Below, piece after piece: positions 29,784 to 40,453 of a stretch of DNA of 64,000 nucleotides. The notes under the pieces are model-generated. The model was not told the origin of the DNA. It saw nothing but the letters and a program-made list of their open reading frames with translations, and ran no database searches. A program made the translations under genes and the position numbers. This stretch comes from Candidatus Peribacteria bacterium (GTDB lineage Bacteria > Patescibacteriota > Gracilibacteria > Peribacterales > Peribacteraceae): contig JBEPVF010000002.1 in assembly GCA_041691135.1 (NCBI GenBank), positions 210,718 through 274,717 on the forward strand, given 5' to 3'. The first letter of the stretch is position 1. Each line of letters begins with the position of its first letter.

Positions 29784-32700
29784 ATGGTCAAGATCAATTC
29801 TTCCCAAGGCCTGACAGCGGCTGAAAGTTTGAACATAGACTACGGCATAGGTGAACGCATCGATAGCGGCCGCACCACTGTGCATAGTCGAACCGAAAGA
29901 GCGTTCAGACCAGAGGTGGTGAGAACGCTGGAGGAAAGAATGCTCATGACATTACAGAGCGTTAATATGAACTTCCTGGCATTCGGCATAGGTCCGCACA
30001 AATATGGCGATGCAATCAACATCGACGGAGTCGATGTCGCCGTAACGCTGCAAGGAGCAAACGGATTTATCGTCAACAAAGATGGTAGTATTCAAGCGCA
30101 AGACGGGGGTGGAATTGTTGTCTCATTCAAGCAAGATCAATTAGTCACCAAAGTAGTTGCTAAGCAGACCGGCAATGGGACGGGGCTGATCAATTTTAGT
30201 GAGCCTACCGGCAATGATTATCGACCGTTACCATCGACTGGCGGGACGATCGTCGCAAATGAAGTGTGCAATTCGGTGCAGATTGTGCAAACGAGCGGTA
30301 CTGCCAAGTATGTTTTGACTGGACTCTACACTCAGAAAGACGTGCCAGACGTGCCTAGCGACGCACCCGTTTCCGTACCGACCACGGGTCCGGTATTGCC
30401 GATGCCGAAGATGGAATCTGTCACGCACACTGAATCACTCAACTTTTCATTTCCGGGCAGAGCCAAAGATCACACTGTTTTTCACCTCGGAGACGGTGTG
30501 AATGCTGAAATAGCGTCCGCCGATGGATGGGGACTCGTGATAAAAGAAGGCGCACTTGTAACCGTTAGTGACGGACATACACATGACAGACCCGATTCAG
30601 ATCCGGGCGCGGGAGACATCATGCAAATGACGTTCAGTCCGTTTTTGGAGGGAATGTCTCGCATTAAAATTCAGAGCTTTAAGGAGTTCGGCCCTGCACA
30701 AGGACTTGTGTACTTCGAAACATTGAAAGGTCCTCAATATCTCCCAATACCTGAAAACGGTATCATTGAGTGGGACGGCTCCACGATCATCAGTATGGCC
30801 ATTCTCCCTAAGAGGGCACAAGGTTACGGTCTGACCGGATTTGATCGAGTGGTCACCGAACAGCAACCATCCATCTTGGTGCATCCGCCGAAAGTCAATC
30901 CACTGGACAGCAAAGATCTCGCCAATGGAAACGATTTCCTCAAAGCCCGTCTTTGGCAGTACCAACAGCTCGCCACAACGCTCGACTTTCAGCTGGAGGC
31001 AGGCTCGGATCCCGACGGCATCGCCGCCATGGATGCCTTAGCGACGCAATTGACGATGCTCACGTCTATTTCCGCCGACGTGCAAAAGCAATTCGCCAAT
31101 TTATCGGCGGCCGCGGTCAAAAAAACAAAAGGTCTCCAGCCACTGATAACTGACGCGCAGCTCGTCGATACCGCACTCTCGGCACTCAATAAAGACTGGC
31201 AGCAGCGCATGCGCATAGTCAAATATCGCACCGGTAATATCATCACCGATGACGGAAGAATACTGGATCAGAAAAACCTTAATCTTTCCGCCGGTCCGGG
31301 CACGCTCAAAACGAACGGGAACAGTGCGGTGCTTGTGCGTAGCATACCGGGCTTAGATGGCGCGTTGACGATGCAGACTCTGCGTGGAAAGGTCGATGGG
31401 CAACCGACGATCTTCAATCATGACACAACACTCTCCGCGAGTGGCGGACAAATCACCACGTTGGATTTCACGACGCTGAAAGGCTTGGTAACGAATGCGT
31501 CATTTATCGTTCAGTCCGTGAACGGCGAAACAGTGACGGTCAAATTCATGAAGGGAGAACAAGTCCTGAGCACGCAGAAAGTAGTGAGCGGGCAGCAAGT
31601 CAGCTTTTCACAAGCGGATGGAATGAGCGGCGTCATTATCCTGCATGCCCCAACGGGAAAATCCGCCAGCGGTTTGACGCTGAGCAACATCTCCTTTCAG
31701 ATTCTACCCAACTACACCCCGCGAGACGTGGTTGCCGACATGTCCATCAAGAACAATGGCACGGTCGCCAAAGATTCTCAGCCGGACTGGCGCGCTCCCG
31801 CCAATGCCCAGGAGACAGCACGACTCACCAATTCCAACATCTACTTTGGACAAGCAGGCGGTGACCCGCATTGGGACTTAATGTGCTACACGAGCAATAA
31901 TGACGGTCGGTATAATCGTTACGATGTGATCTCGAGCCAAGGCGACACGCACATAGATGGCCTGTTCTACCTGACATCGGAAGGTACGCAACAGCTCTCA
32001 ACTATGTATTACTACATACTTCCCAGTGGAAAAGGTGTCGTCGTGAGCCCGGGCGCACCGAAAGATTTGATTTTGGACATAAAATCATCAGGCTATTACC
32101 ACATCGTAAACACGGGCGGAACCATGCAAAAAGAATCCGTGACACCGCCGACCGAGTTCACTCTGGAATCGAATTATATCGGCACGTATACACAGCCAAC
32201 CGATAAACCCGGCTTCACCACGAATAAGATCACAACAGACACGATGAAGCCGCAACGCGTGCTAATTGGAAGCGGACTGTTCGTCATGGATTTCATCGAC
32301 CGCGGCCAGAAAGCCGGTGCCATTACAGCGGAAGTATGGACTGGGTATGGCAGCACCAATCGGAAAGCAGAGCTTCTGGCTACCTACAAAGGAAATCTGA
32401 GTCCCAATACGGTCACACATTTGCAGACTAACGTAAGAGGATCATCGGCTCCAAGCCAACGCGATGAACCGATTCTGATTACCGTGGTCATCACTCTTCC
32501 CGATGGAACAATCCAAGAAAACACTGTCTATCTCAATCGCAGACCGAATGAAGCGATGGTCAACGTGCGAGACGCGGATGGCACTCTCCATTCAGTGCCA
32601 AGGCCGCTTGGCAGTGACGAACAAGCTCGTTTGGATCATCTCATTCCCAAAATTCTGTACGCCGCACAAACCGGACAATCAGGCTACACCGCGCCATCAA

Positions 32701-34022
32701 ATCTGGCCGATTTGTATAAGCAGTTGTACAACGTGACAGCCGATCCGCAAACCGTAGGCGCAGTATCCGGCGCACCGGCCACCGTTGTTCCAGGCAAGCC
32801 CGTGCAGCCGGCAGCCGGAGTGGCGTACAAGGCGATGGAAAATATTGGCGATAAAATGGATACGGCGATCGATGTGACACAGGTCTCTTTGGCGAACCTT
32901 AGGCGTAACGTAAACAATGCTGAAATAGGCGCCTTTCATTACAAGATTGTCACTGGCGATACGCTAACTGCAATAGCAGCAAAATTTAAAATTCCAGATT
33001 GGCACACAATCTATAACGATTCTTGGAATGCTGACTTCCGTAAACTTCGACCAGATCCAAATAAGATACAGCCAGGTGATGTTATCAACATTCCCATGCG
33101 TATGATTAGTAATGATCTTGAGATCCAAAACAAAATTCTCGGAATGGATACATCATTGCCGCCCAGCGCTGCTTTCTCACAAATCGTAAATGCTCCTTTC
33201 CTCAGTACTACTACCTGTGCCCAAATTGTTGACACTACGTTGACCGAAATAAAAAACACCGACGATGCTCGAGAGTATCTAAAACTTACCCCGGACGCGG
33301 CCATTGCCAAACAAGTTGCTATTAGTCAAAAGACGGTGCTTGAGGTCCTCAAAGGCAAAATGCCCGAGGCAGTCCATAAGATCTTTGAAAAGATTTTCAG
33401 TGACCCCATCGTAAATAGTACAAATCTGCTAATCAATAGCATAAAGGATTACAAAAATGGGAAACCCATAGATGAGGTAGTGAAAAGCTTTTCCATAATA
33501 ATAACGACAGTAGCAACCTACGATCTGACAAATATGGAAGTTCTCTCTTCTTTGAAAGATATTGTTAAAGCTGTAATTCTTGATACTGGCTTACGGATCC
33601 TGCATCCGAATCAAATAGAAATTAGCTATTCAGCGGATAAACAATTCGCCATCGATACTCTGGTTAGTAAGACGAACAAACTTATAGATTCAACACAAGA
33701 TCCTCGAGCTGTCATTCTTACTGTAGCACTTGGAGAATTCGTATGGAGAAGCACACATATTGATGGACTAAGCACGGCCTCTTTAGGAGATCAATCTGTT
33801 TTCTTAGATGCTGCTTTGGATGACAAGCTAAAAGACGCTGCTACAAAATACAATTTAGTCGCCATCGAGCAAATATATGAAGCTGAAATAAAATATTACG
33901 ATACCCTAATAGCTCAGAAGATGCTCGACCCTCATAAGAAATCTTCAATGATTTCTCAGTTGAATTTATTTTTTGCCGGCATCCTTCAATTCTACAATCG
34001 AGAACGCATTATGTCTGTGTGA
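29784..34022 (+). CDS. About 1412 aa protein: LEPRxLL-like motif, beta-rich domains, LysM and an unknown helical C-terminus
   Basis: Start placed at MVKIN after a pyrimidine-rich leader; RAFRPEVVRTLEERMLMT; LysM HYKIVTGDTLTAIA...PNKIQPGDVINIP at about 32934-33095; AT-richer C-terminus. Confidence 0.8.
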   Translation: MVKINSSQGLTAAESLNIDYGIGERIDSGRTTVHSRTERAFRPEVVRTLEERMLMTLQSVNMNFLAFGIGPHKYGDAINIDGVDVAVTLQGANGFIVNKDGSIQAQDGGGIVVSFKQDQLVTKVVAKQTGNGTGLINFSEPTGNDYRPLPSTGGTIVANEVCNSVQIVQTSGTAKYVLTGLYTQKDVPDVPSDAPVSVPTTGPVLPMPKMESVTHTESLNFSFPGRAKDHTVFHLGDGVNAEIASADGWGLVIKEGALVTVSDGHTHDRPDSDPGAGDIMQMTFSPFLEGMSRIKIQSFKEFGPAQGLVYFETLKGPQYLPIPENGIIEWDGSTIISMAILPKRAQGYGLTGFDRVVTEQQPSILVHPPKVNPLDSKDLANGNDFLKARLWQYQQLATTLDFQLEAGSDPDGIAAMDALATQLTMLTSISADVQKQFANLSAAAVKKTKGLQPLITDAQLVDTALSALNKDWQQRMRIVKYRTGNIITDDGRILDQKNLNLSAGPGTLKTNGNSAVLVRSIPGLDGALTMQTLRGKVDGQPTIFNHDTTLSASGGQITTLDFTTLKGLVTNASFIVQSVNGETVTVKFMKGEQVLSTQKVVSGQQVSFSQADGMSGVIILHAPTGKSASGLTLSNISFQILPNYTPRDVVADMSIKNNGTVAKDSQPDWRAPANAQETARLTNSNIYFGQAGGDPHWDLMCYTSNNDGRYNRYDVISSQGDTHIDGLFYLTSEGTQQLSTMYYYILPSGKGVVVSPGAPKDLILDIKSSGYYHIVNTGGTMQKESVTPPTEFTLESNYIGTYTQPTDKPGFTTNKITTDTMKPQRVLIGSGLFVMDFIDRGQKAGAITAEVWTGYGSTNRKAELLATYKGNLSPNTVTHLQTNVRGSSAPSQRDEPILITVVITLPDGTIQENTVYLNRRPNEAMVNVRDADGTLHSVPRPLGSDEQARLDHLIPKILYAAQTGQSGYTAPSNLADLYKQLYNVTADPQTVGAVSGAPATVVPGKPVQPAAGVAYKAMENIGDKMDTAIDVTQVSLANLRRNVNNAEIGAFHYKIVTGDTLTAIAAKFKIPDWHTIYNDSWNADFRKLRPDPNKIQPGDVINIPMRMISNDLEIQNKILGMDTSLPPSAAFSQIVNAPFLSTTTCAQIVDTTLTEIKNTDDAREYLKLTPDAAIAKQVAISQKTVLEVLKGKMPEAVHKIFEKIFSDPIVNSTNLLINSIKDYKNGKPIDEVVKSFSIIITTVATYDLTNMEVLSSLKDIVKAVILDTGLRILHPNQIEISYSADKQFAIDTLVSKTNKLIDSTQDPRAVILTVALGEFVWRSTHIDGLSTASLGDQSVFLDAALDDKLKDAATKYNLVAIEQIYEAEIKYYDTLIAQKMLDPHKKSSMISQLNLFFAGILQFYNRERIMSV

Positions 34023-34047
34023 CGACTTATGAATGAAGATCATTGCG

Positions 34048-34075
34048 AAAACCCCGGCCAATCCATGGCCGGGGT
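34048..34075. terminator. Terminator hairpin between convergent genes
   Basis: ACCCCGGCCA-atcca-TGGCCGGGGT, with an A run on the left (U tail on the minus strand). Confidence 0.7.
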
Positions 34076-34120
34076 CGTGAGCAAACAAACGTCTGCTCAG
34101 CAGTAGTATTTTGTGTGCCG

Positions 34121-34627
34121 TCATTGTCGTTCGAACTTTCTTAGACATAACTTTGCGATCAGGCAGGCGAAGCCCACCAGAGTGCAGGTCGCGACGACGA
34201 GGCCGGTCTGCCCGCCGAGGCCAAGCGATCTTCCTATCTCTTCTCGAAGATCGTGGAGTATTGCGATGTCTGCGTGATACAGGAAACTCCACGCGATCCA
34301 AGGGACGACGATAACGCCGATCGTCCATGACAGCCAGAAGAACGCCCACCGTCGTTCATAACACCAGCGCCCGCTCGATCGCATAGGGGTCATGAAGAAC
34401 GAGAAGAAGGGCGACCAAAACCAACTGATTGCCAGTGGTTCAAGCCGCTCTGTTCCGGACTCCACGATGCAACCGGTCGAGCAGAAGAAAAGAAAGATAA
34501 ACAAGAACGGATGACGCGCCACCCAACGGTGTAATGGGTCGACCGTATCATTGAATCTGACAACAAGGCCGTCAACGGCAGCGAACATCTTTGCACTCCG
34601 AAAGAGCCAGACGGGTTGAAAGAACAC
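34121..34627 (-). CDS. Hypothetical membrane protein (about 4 TM)
   Basis: Hydrophobic, Trp/Phe-rich segments; start uncertain. Confidence 0.55.
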   Translation of the reverse strand: MFFQPVWLFRSAKMFAAVDGLVVRFNDTVDPLHRWVARHPFLFIFLFFCSTGCIVESGTERLEPLAISWFWSPFFSFFMTPMRSSGRWCYERRWAFFWLSWTIGVIVVPWIAWSFLYHADIAILHDLREEIGRSLGLGGQTGLVVATCTLVGFACLIAKLCLRKFERQ

Positions 34628-34801
34628 AAAACACTTAATTATATTAAATTATAATAATTTTAAACTGTCAAATACTTACCAATAAAGTTGGCAGGACGAA
34701 AATTCCCCACTCCTAATGTATTCGAGTTCTCCGCAATAGCCTGCCATTTTCATGCATACGAAGCATCGCCAAAAAAGCGAAGTCGGCGTATACTTATAAG
34801 A

Positions 34802-37228
34802 ATGCAAAAAACAGACACACACATCGATGACACCCTCCCTGTCGAACAACTGCTCAAAAATCTTGGGACGAGTGCGGAGGGCCTGACCGGTGTAGATGTT
34901 CAGGGGCGTCTGCTGACGTACGGATACAATGAAATATCCGAGCACAGGCCCAGCGCTTTGCTCAAGTTACTGTCATTCTTTTGGGGACCGATTGCCTGGA
35001 TGATTGAAGTCGCCTGCATTCTCTCGGGACTGCTTCGTCATTGGACAGACTTCGGCATCATTGCCTGTCTATTGGTCATGAACGCGCTCGTTGGATTTTG
35101 GGAGGAGTACCACGCCGAGGATGCCATCAGTACTCTGAAGAATACATTGGCACCGACAGCGAGAGTGAAAAGACATGGAACATGGATGGTAATTCCCCGC
35201 CGAGAGTTGGTGCCCGGGGATATGATTCGCGTGCGGATCGGAGATATCGTCCCGGCCGATGCGAAATTGATGGACTGCGATCCCATCGAAGTTGACCAGT
35301 CAATGCTGACCGGCGAGTCCCTGCCGGTGATGCGCAAAGCAGGAGATGTCATCTACTCGAGTTCGATCATCCGCCGAGGCGAAATCGACGGCATCGTCTT
35401 TGCCACGGGTACTCACACAAATTTCGGACGTGTAGTGCAACTGGTTTCCGCCACGACTGGCACGAGCCATTTTCAGAAAGAAATGTTGCGCATCGGCAAC
35501 TTCTTGATGCTGATCGCAACCATATTGGCGTGTCTGCTAGTTACCGTCGGCTTGTTCAGGCAAGAATCGCTTCTTACCAATATTCAGTTTGCTCTTATAT
35601 TGGCAATCGCAGCCATACCGGCAGCAATGCCTGCCGTGCTGACGATCACGATGGCACTTGGCGCTCGTCTGCTTGCGGCCAAGAAGGCCATTGTCACAAA
35701 GCTCGAAAGCATCCATGAACTGGCCGGAATGGATGTCCTCTGCTGCGATAAAACCGGCACTCTCACGCAGAACAATCTGAAAGTAGAAGAAAGTATTCCA
35801 CTCTCCAATCATACGAAACAGGAGGTGTTGCTTTTCGCGCAGCTCGCTTCGCGGAGCGAAGACCACGATCCGATTGATACGGCTGTTAGCCGCGAAGGTG
35901 ACGGAGCTTCAAATCATGCGTATACGGTGTTGCATTTCACCCCGTTCGATCCTGTCAGCAAACGCACCGAAGCACGCGTCGCCGGACCACACGGCGAACA
36001 GCAAGTGAGCAAAGGATCCGTTCCGGTGATTCTGGCGTTGTGCCAGTCCGCAGATACGCAGCGGCAACAGGCTGACCGAAAGGAAATCGAACTGGCAGCG
36101 CGCGGGCTGCGGTCGCTCGGCGTTGCGATAACCGATGCGGAGGGCGTATGGCACTTCGTTGGCATCCTCGCTCTCTCGGATCCGCCACGAACCGATGCAA
36201 AAGAACTGCTGACCGATGCGCATCACATGGGCATTGCCATTAAAATGATCACCGGCGATCAGCTGCCGATTGCACGCGAAATGGCCAAACGACTTTCGCT
36301 CGGCAACAACATTATGGACGCATCGTTGTTCGAGAACACTTCTCACTATCGCATCGGACAACTGGAAGACGAGATCGAAAATGCCGACGGATTCGCCAAG
36401 GCCTTTCCCGATCATAAATATTTCATAGTCGAATCTCTGCAAAAACACGGACATGTTGTGGGTATGACCGGCGACGGCGTGAATGATGCTCCGGCGCTGC
36501 ATAAGGCGGATGTCGGTATCGCCGTGCATGGAGCGCTGGATGCCGCCCGCAGCGCAGCGGATATCGTGCTGCTTGCGCCCGGCCTTTCGGTCATTATCGA
36601 TGCCATCAAAGAAAGCCGGCGTATCTTCAATCGCATGACCAGCTACGCCATCTACAGAATCGCCGAGACGATCCGCCTGCTCCTGTTCATCACATTGTCG
36701 GTGCTGGTCTTCCATTTTTATCCGGTCACGGCCGTGATGGTCATCCTGCTTGCACTCTTGAATGACGGCGCAATCCTTTCTATTGCATTTGATTCGACGG
36801 ACGTCGGTACCAAACCGCAACGATGGAACATGCGCACCATATTAACCGTGTCGACCGCTCTTGGCGGCATCGGTGTCGTATCTTCTTTTCTCCTCTTCTA
36901 TCTTTCGGAAAACGTATTCACTTTGCCACAGGATCTTATCCAAACATTGGTGTATCTTAAGTTATCGGTTGCTGGCCACCTCATGATCTTTCATACCCGG
37001 ACAAGAGGCAGCATGTTCAGCAGCCGGCCGGCGTTCATTCTTCTCTTCGCCACTCTTTCGACACAAATAATCGCAACGCTGATCGCAGTCTACGGCGTGT
37101 TCGTCGCACCAATTGGATGGAAGCTCGCCGGTTTCATTTGGCTCTACGCCATCGCATGGATACCGGCAAACGAAATCATAAAAAGATTTGCGTATCGTAT
37201 TGTCGATCCCGACTACACACTTTCGTAG
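34802..37228 (+). CDS. Plasma-membrane proton-efflux P-type ATPase (P3A)
   Basis: FWGPIAWMIE, LTGES, AIPAAMPAV, DKTGTLT, FTPFDPVSKRT, MTGDGVNDAPAL, YAIYRI, LLNDG, YLKLSVAGH. Confidence 0.93.
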   Translation: MQKTDTHIDDTLPVEQLLKNLGTSAEGLTGVDVQGRLLTYGYNEISEHRPSALLKLLSFFWGPIAWMIEVACILSGLLRHWTDFGIIACLLVMNALVGFWEEYHAEDAISTLKNTLAPTARVKRHGTWMVIPRRELVPGDMIRVRIGDIVPADAKLMDCDPIEVDQSMLTGESLPVMRKAGDVIYSSSIIRRGEIDGIVFATGTHTNFGRVVQLVSATTGTSHFQKEMLRIGNFLMLIATILACLLVTVGLFRQESLLTNIQFALILAIAAIPAAMPAVLTITMALGARLLAAKKAIVTKLESIHELAGMDVLCCDKTGTLTQNNLKVEESIPLSNHTKQEVLLFAQLASRSEDHDPIDTAVSREGDGASNHAYTVLHFTPFDPVSKRTEARVAGPHGEQQVSKGSVPVILALCQSADTQRQQADRKEIELAARGLRSLGVAITDAEGVWHFVGILALSDPPRTDAKELLTDAHHMGIAIKMITGDQLPIAREMAKRLSLGNNIMDASLFENTSHYRIGQLEDEIENADGFAKAFPDHKYFIVESLQKHGHVVGMTGDGVNDAPALHKADVGIAVHGALDAARSAADIVLLAPGLSVIIDAIKESRRIFNRMTSYAIYRIAETIRLLLFITLSVLVFHFYPVTAVMVILLALLNDGAILSIAFDSTDVGTKPQRWNMRTILTVSTALGGIGVVSSFLLFYLSENVFTLPQDLIQTLVYLKLSVAGHLMIFHTRTRGSMFSSRPAFILLFATLSTQIIATLIAVYGVFVAPIGWKLAGFIWLYAIAWIPANEIIKRFAYRIVDPDYTLS

Positions 37229-37284
37229 AAGCGGAATTTTCTTTTTTCGTACCCACTTAAGAATGGTTTTTTAGCCGATCAATC

Positions 37285-38244
37285 TTATAACATATCATGA
37301 ATCTTCACTCTGATGGGAGCACGATCAACATCCGATGTAAGTGGATTATGTCCGCAATTTACGCCAACCGCCCCCTTGTCCGGCAAGAAAACGCTGACGT
37401 GTTGGACGCCTCGGGAACGAAGAATGCCTGCCACTCTGCCCAGCTCATCATTGGGAACAGGTTGTATCCGCTGGTCCACTGGTTCATCGACAGAGACAAC
37501 TTTGATGCAGCGAGTTTGAGGACTTTCGAGTGCAAAATCGGCAGCTTCATGAATGGTTGCATCATCGTACATCCCTTTCGCGAGCAGGAGCGTGTATTTC
37601 ACCGGCGACTGCGACGCCTCGGCGAATGCATCACAAAGAGGTGCCATCTCGGCGCGCTTCGCCATTTGAGGTACCAAATCGGGCGTGAAGACGCCGCTGT
37701 TCTGCATGGTCAAAAAGCCGGGCCGGAGATTTCCCGACACCTGTGTTTTTGTCAGTTGCTGCACAAGTTTTTTGGAACCCGTTGTCGAAAAAACGAGTGA
37801 ACTCACTTGAGGGTTTTTCAACTTTTCCAAAACGCGCGCCGTTTCGCATACTTCCTCCACCGCATCACCTGCATCGCCGGCACCAAAATAAGCGACGTGA
37901 TGTTCGGCACCATTAGCCAGTTCTGTGGATCTTACTTCTCTAGAAAGGAGAGCTTGATGGACCATCTCTTGAGCAGTGCAACGCCGATACGGTGGGGGGC
38001 TAAGCTGATCCTTCCAAGCATCACGGGCACTTTCGCAAATCAGAGCGCAGTTGCGTGCGCACCTGCTGTTGACCGCAATGGAAAGATTCGAATCTATTCT
38101 CAAGACTCCATTACGACGTGTGTAAAAATCCGACGCACTGATAGTCTGGCCATCCTCGGTCGGTATCTCGTAGCGATGCATTCTTCCATCCATAAAAATT
38201 TGGACGGATGGCTCGCGATGTTGAAGAATGTCGAGAGAACCCAT
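37285..38244 (-). CDS. Divergent RlmN/Cfr-like radical SAM protein
   Basis: TEDGQTIS, CARNCALIC, RCTAQEMVHQ, YFGAGDA, VFSTTG, LLAKGMYDD and VNCGH align in order with RlmN motifs. Confidence 0.65.
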   Translation of the reverse strand: MGSLDILQHREPSVQIFMDGRMHRYEIPTEDGQTISASDFYTRRNGVLRIDSNLSIAVNSRCARNCALICESARDAWKDQLSPPPYRRCTAQEMVHQALLSREVRSTELANGAEHHVAYFGAGDAGDAVEEVCETARVLEKLKNPQVSSLVFSTTGSKKLVQQLTKTQVSGNLRPGFLTMQNSGVFTPDLVPQMAKRAEMAPLCDAFAEASQSPVKYTLLLAKGMYDDATIHEAADFALESPQTRCIKVVSVDEPVDQRIQPVPNDELGRVAGILRSRGVQHVSVFLPDKGAVGVNCGHNPLTSDVDRAPIRVKIHDML

Positions 38245-38405
38245 AGGAAGTAGTGCACGATACTGCGCTGAGGATTTTATATCAATCCACTATTAGCACA
38301 ATTACAGAAGCTAACTCGAAAGCTGTAATATGGTTCAAACTGCACATCGTAGATCACTCGGTATGCAATCTTTCTTTGCTTTGTAGTTCCACTATTTTTG
38401 AATTG

Positions 38406-38771
38406 TCACTTCGGTATGTCGCTTCTACAGCTATTTCTATTGTCCGCATCTTGAATACCATCACATATAGTAGGATCTTTTAAGACTCGAGCTGTCTCGA
38501 AGAGACAGGTCAGTTTCAGGGATTCTGCGTCTGGACCCATAAAGTCGAAGCGTGAAATCCTGATTTTACTACATTCTTGCGGATCATGTTTTGATACGGC
38601 GATACGGACAACGTCATCCACGCCAGTCATTCCAGTGGTAATGAGGTAATACCCTTTATTGCTATTTTGAATAATCTTCTTGATGCCCCAGGAAATCGAC
38701 CAGCTAATTAGAGAAATGATAAATAATATACATATGAAACGCAGACCTAGATTTTTTTCTGATTTAAACAT
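38406..38771 (-). CDS. Small membrane-anchored Cys-containing hypothetical protein
   Basis: N-terminal TM; DPQECSKI...TC...KDPTICDGIQD...NSC repeat-like Cys pattern; AT-rich and next to the tRNA 3' end. Confidence 0.65.
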   Translation of the reverse strand: MFKSEKNLGLRFICILFIISLISWSISWGIKKIIQNSNKGYYLITTGMTGVDDVVRIAVSKHDPQECSKIRISRFDFMGPDAESLKLTCLFETARVLKDPTICDGIQDADNRNSCRSDIPK

Positions 38772-38855
38772 TAATGGAAATATAGAGGATTTACTCTACG
38801 AGGCAACATTACTATCCGTAGATAGTATTTTATTATTTCTGTAAAAATTAGTATT

Positions 38856-38942
38856 TGGTGCCGTGGAGAAGACTCGAACTTCCACAACCTTGCGGTTACA
38901 CGCCCCTCAAGCGTGCGCGTCTACCAATTTCGCCACCACGGC
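38856..38942 (-). tRNA. tRNA-Leu (anticodon GAG)
   Basis: Reverse complement GCCGTGGTGGCGAAATTGGTAGACGCGCACGCTTGAGGGGCGTGTAACCGCAAGGTTGTGGAAGTTCGAGTCTTCTCCACGGCACCA: cloverleaf, long variable arm, TTCGA loop, encoded CCA. Confidence 0.97.
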
Positions 38943-38989
38943 AAATAGTGAGCTGGCAGAGTGTATCAATATCCACTGCCGAGCAAAAG

Positions 38990-40303
38990 CTACTTTAAGA
39001 GTTTTAGAAGCCCTTGTTTGGCTGTATCGGGAATAGTGAGCGTTTCGACAAAATCAGCCAGATGCCGCTTGGTCACCTTCTCCCCTCGGGTCAGCTCTTT
39101 CAATTTCTCGTATGCGCCCTTCACGCCATGCTTGCGCAGAACCGTTTGAATCGCCTCGGCGTAAACTTCGGGATGCAGATCGAGTTCCTGTTGAATCATT
39201 TTTTTGTTCACACTGAGCTTCTTAAGACCACGTTCGAGTGAGCGCAGAGCCAAGAGATGATAACCGAACGCCGTGCCAATGCTGCGTTGGACGGTGGAAT
39301 CGCTCAGATCCCGCTGCAGACGACTGACCGGGAGTTTTTCGGCGAAGTGGGCGAACAGTGCATTACTCAGCCCTACATTCCCCTCAGCATTCTCGAAATC
39401 GATCGGATTCACTTTGTGCGGCATGGTGGAGGAACCGACTTCGCCGGCAATTACTTTTTGTCCGAACACGCCGCGCGAGATGTACATCCATATATCGCGG
39501 CTGAAATCGAGCAGGATCGTGTTGATGCGGATGAATAGATGACTCAGTTCAGCGAGGTCGTCATGCGGATTTATTTGCGTCGAGACGGTGAGTGGATCGA
39601 GGCCGAGTGACGAGACGAAATTTTTGCGGAACGCTTCCCAGTTCACCGATGGATATGCAACGAGGTGCGCTGAAAAATTCCCGACTGCGCCTCCCAGCTT
39701 TCCCTGCATCTTCCAACTTTTGAATGACTTCAACTGGCGATCCAGTCGCGTCGTAAATACTTCTATTTCTTTGCCAAGTGTTGTCGGCGTTGCCGGTTGT
39801 CCATGCGTCAGGCTCAACAGCGAAATCTTGGCCGTAGATTTTGCGAGTGCGTTCAATTCTTTTTGAAGCATTTGAAGAGACGGCATCAGCACTAACCGCA
39901 ATGCATCGGAAATCAAAACACCGTATGCCAGATTGTTCACATCCTCGCTGGTGAGAGCGAAGTGGATGAACTCGCTGTGCTGCGCCAGACCGCTGATCTT
40001 CTCCACTTTTTTCTTCAAAAAATATTCCACCGCCTTCACATCGTGCTTGGTCGTCTTTTCGATATCTTTAATTTCCTGGGCATCCTTCGCATCAAAATCT
40101 TTCACGATTTTCCAGAGTGCTTCAATCTGCTTTTGATTGAACGGAGGCAATTCAGGAACTTTGGCTTCTTGGCTCAGCGCAACGAAGTAACTCACTTCGA
40201 TCAGCACACGTGCTCGGATGAGCGCTTCTTCGCTGAAGTAGCCCCGCAGCACCTCGACATCCTTTTCGTAGCGACCGTCGAGAGGGCTTAAGGCTTGAAG
40301 CAT
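38990..40303 (-). CDS. purB: Adenylosuccinate lyase
   Basis: ALSPLDGRY, HDVKAVEY, HFALTSED, THGQPATPTT, GSSTMPHKVNPIDFEN, SRLQRDLSDST. Confidence 0.97.
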   Translation of the reverse strand: MLQALSPLDGRYEKDVEVLRGYFSEEALIRARVLIEVSYFVALSQEAKVPELPPFNQKQIEALWKIVKDFDAKDAQEIKDIEKTTKHDVKAVEYFLKKKVEKISGLAQHSEFIHFALTSEDVNNLAYGVLISDALRLVLMPSLQMLQKELNALAKSTAKISLLSLTHGQPATPTTLGKEIEVFTTRLDRQLKSFKSWKMQGKLGGAVGNFSAHLVAYPSVNWEAFRKNFVSSLGLDPLTVSTQINPHDDLAELSHLFIRINTILLDFSRDIWMYISRGVFGQKVIAGEVGSSTMPHKVNPIDFENAEGNVGLSNALFAHFAEKLPVSRLQRDLSDSTVQRSIGTAFGYHLLALRSLERGLKKLSVNKKMIQQELDLHPEVYAEAIQTVLRKHGVKGAYEKLKELTRGEKVTKRHLADFVETLTIPDTAKQGLLKLLK

Positions 40304-40453
40304 TGGAATGCAGTGTAGCAATGTAAAGGATACTTGACAAGTAAAACATTTATGGGAAAATAATTATGTGGTGAGACCTATCGTTGGTCTTGATCGAACG
40401 TCGATCGGCGTCTCGCTGCATAGACGGGATGCTGATCTTTGGGAGACTGCAAC

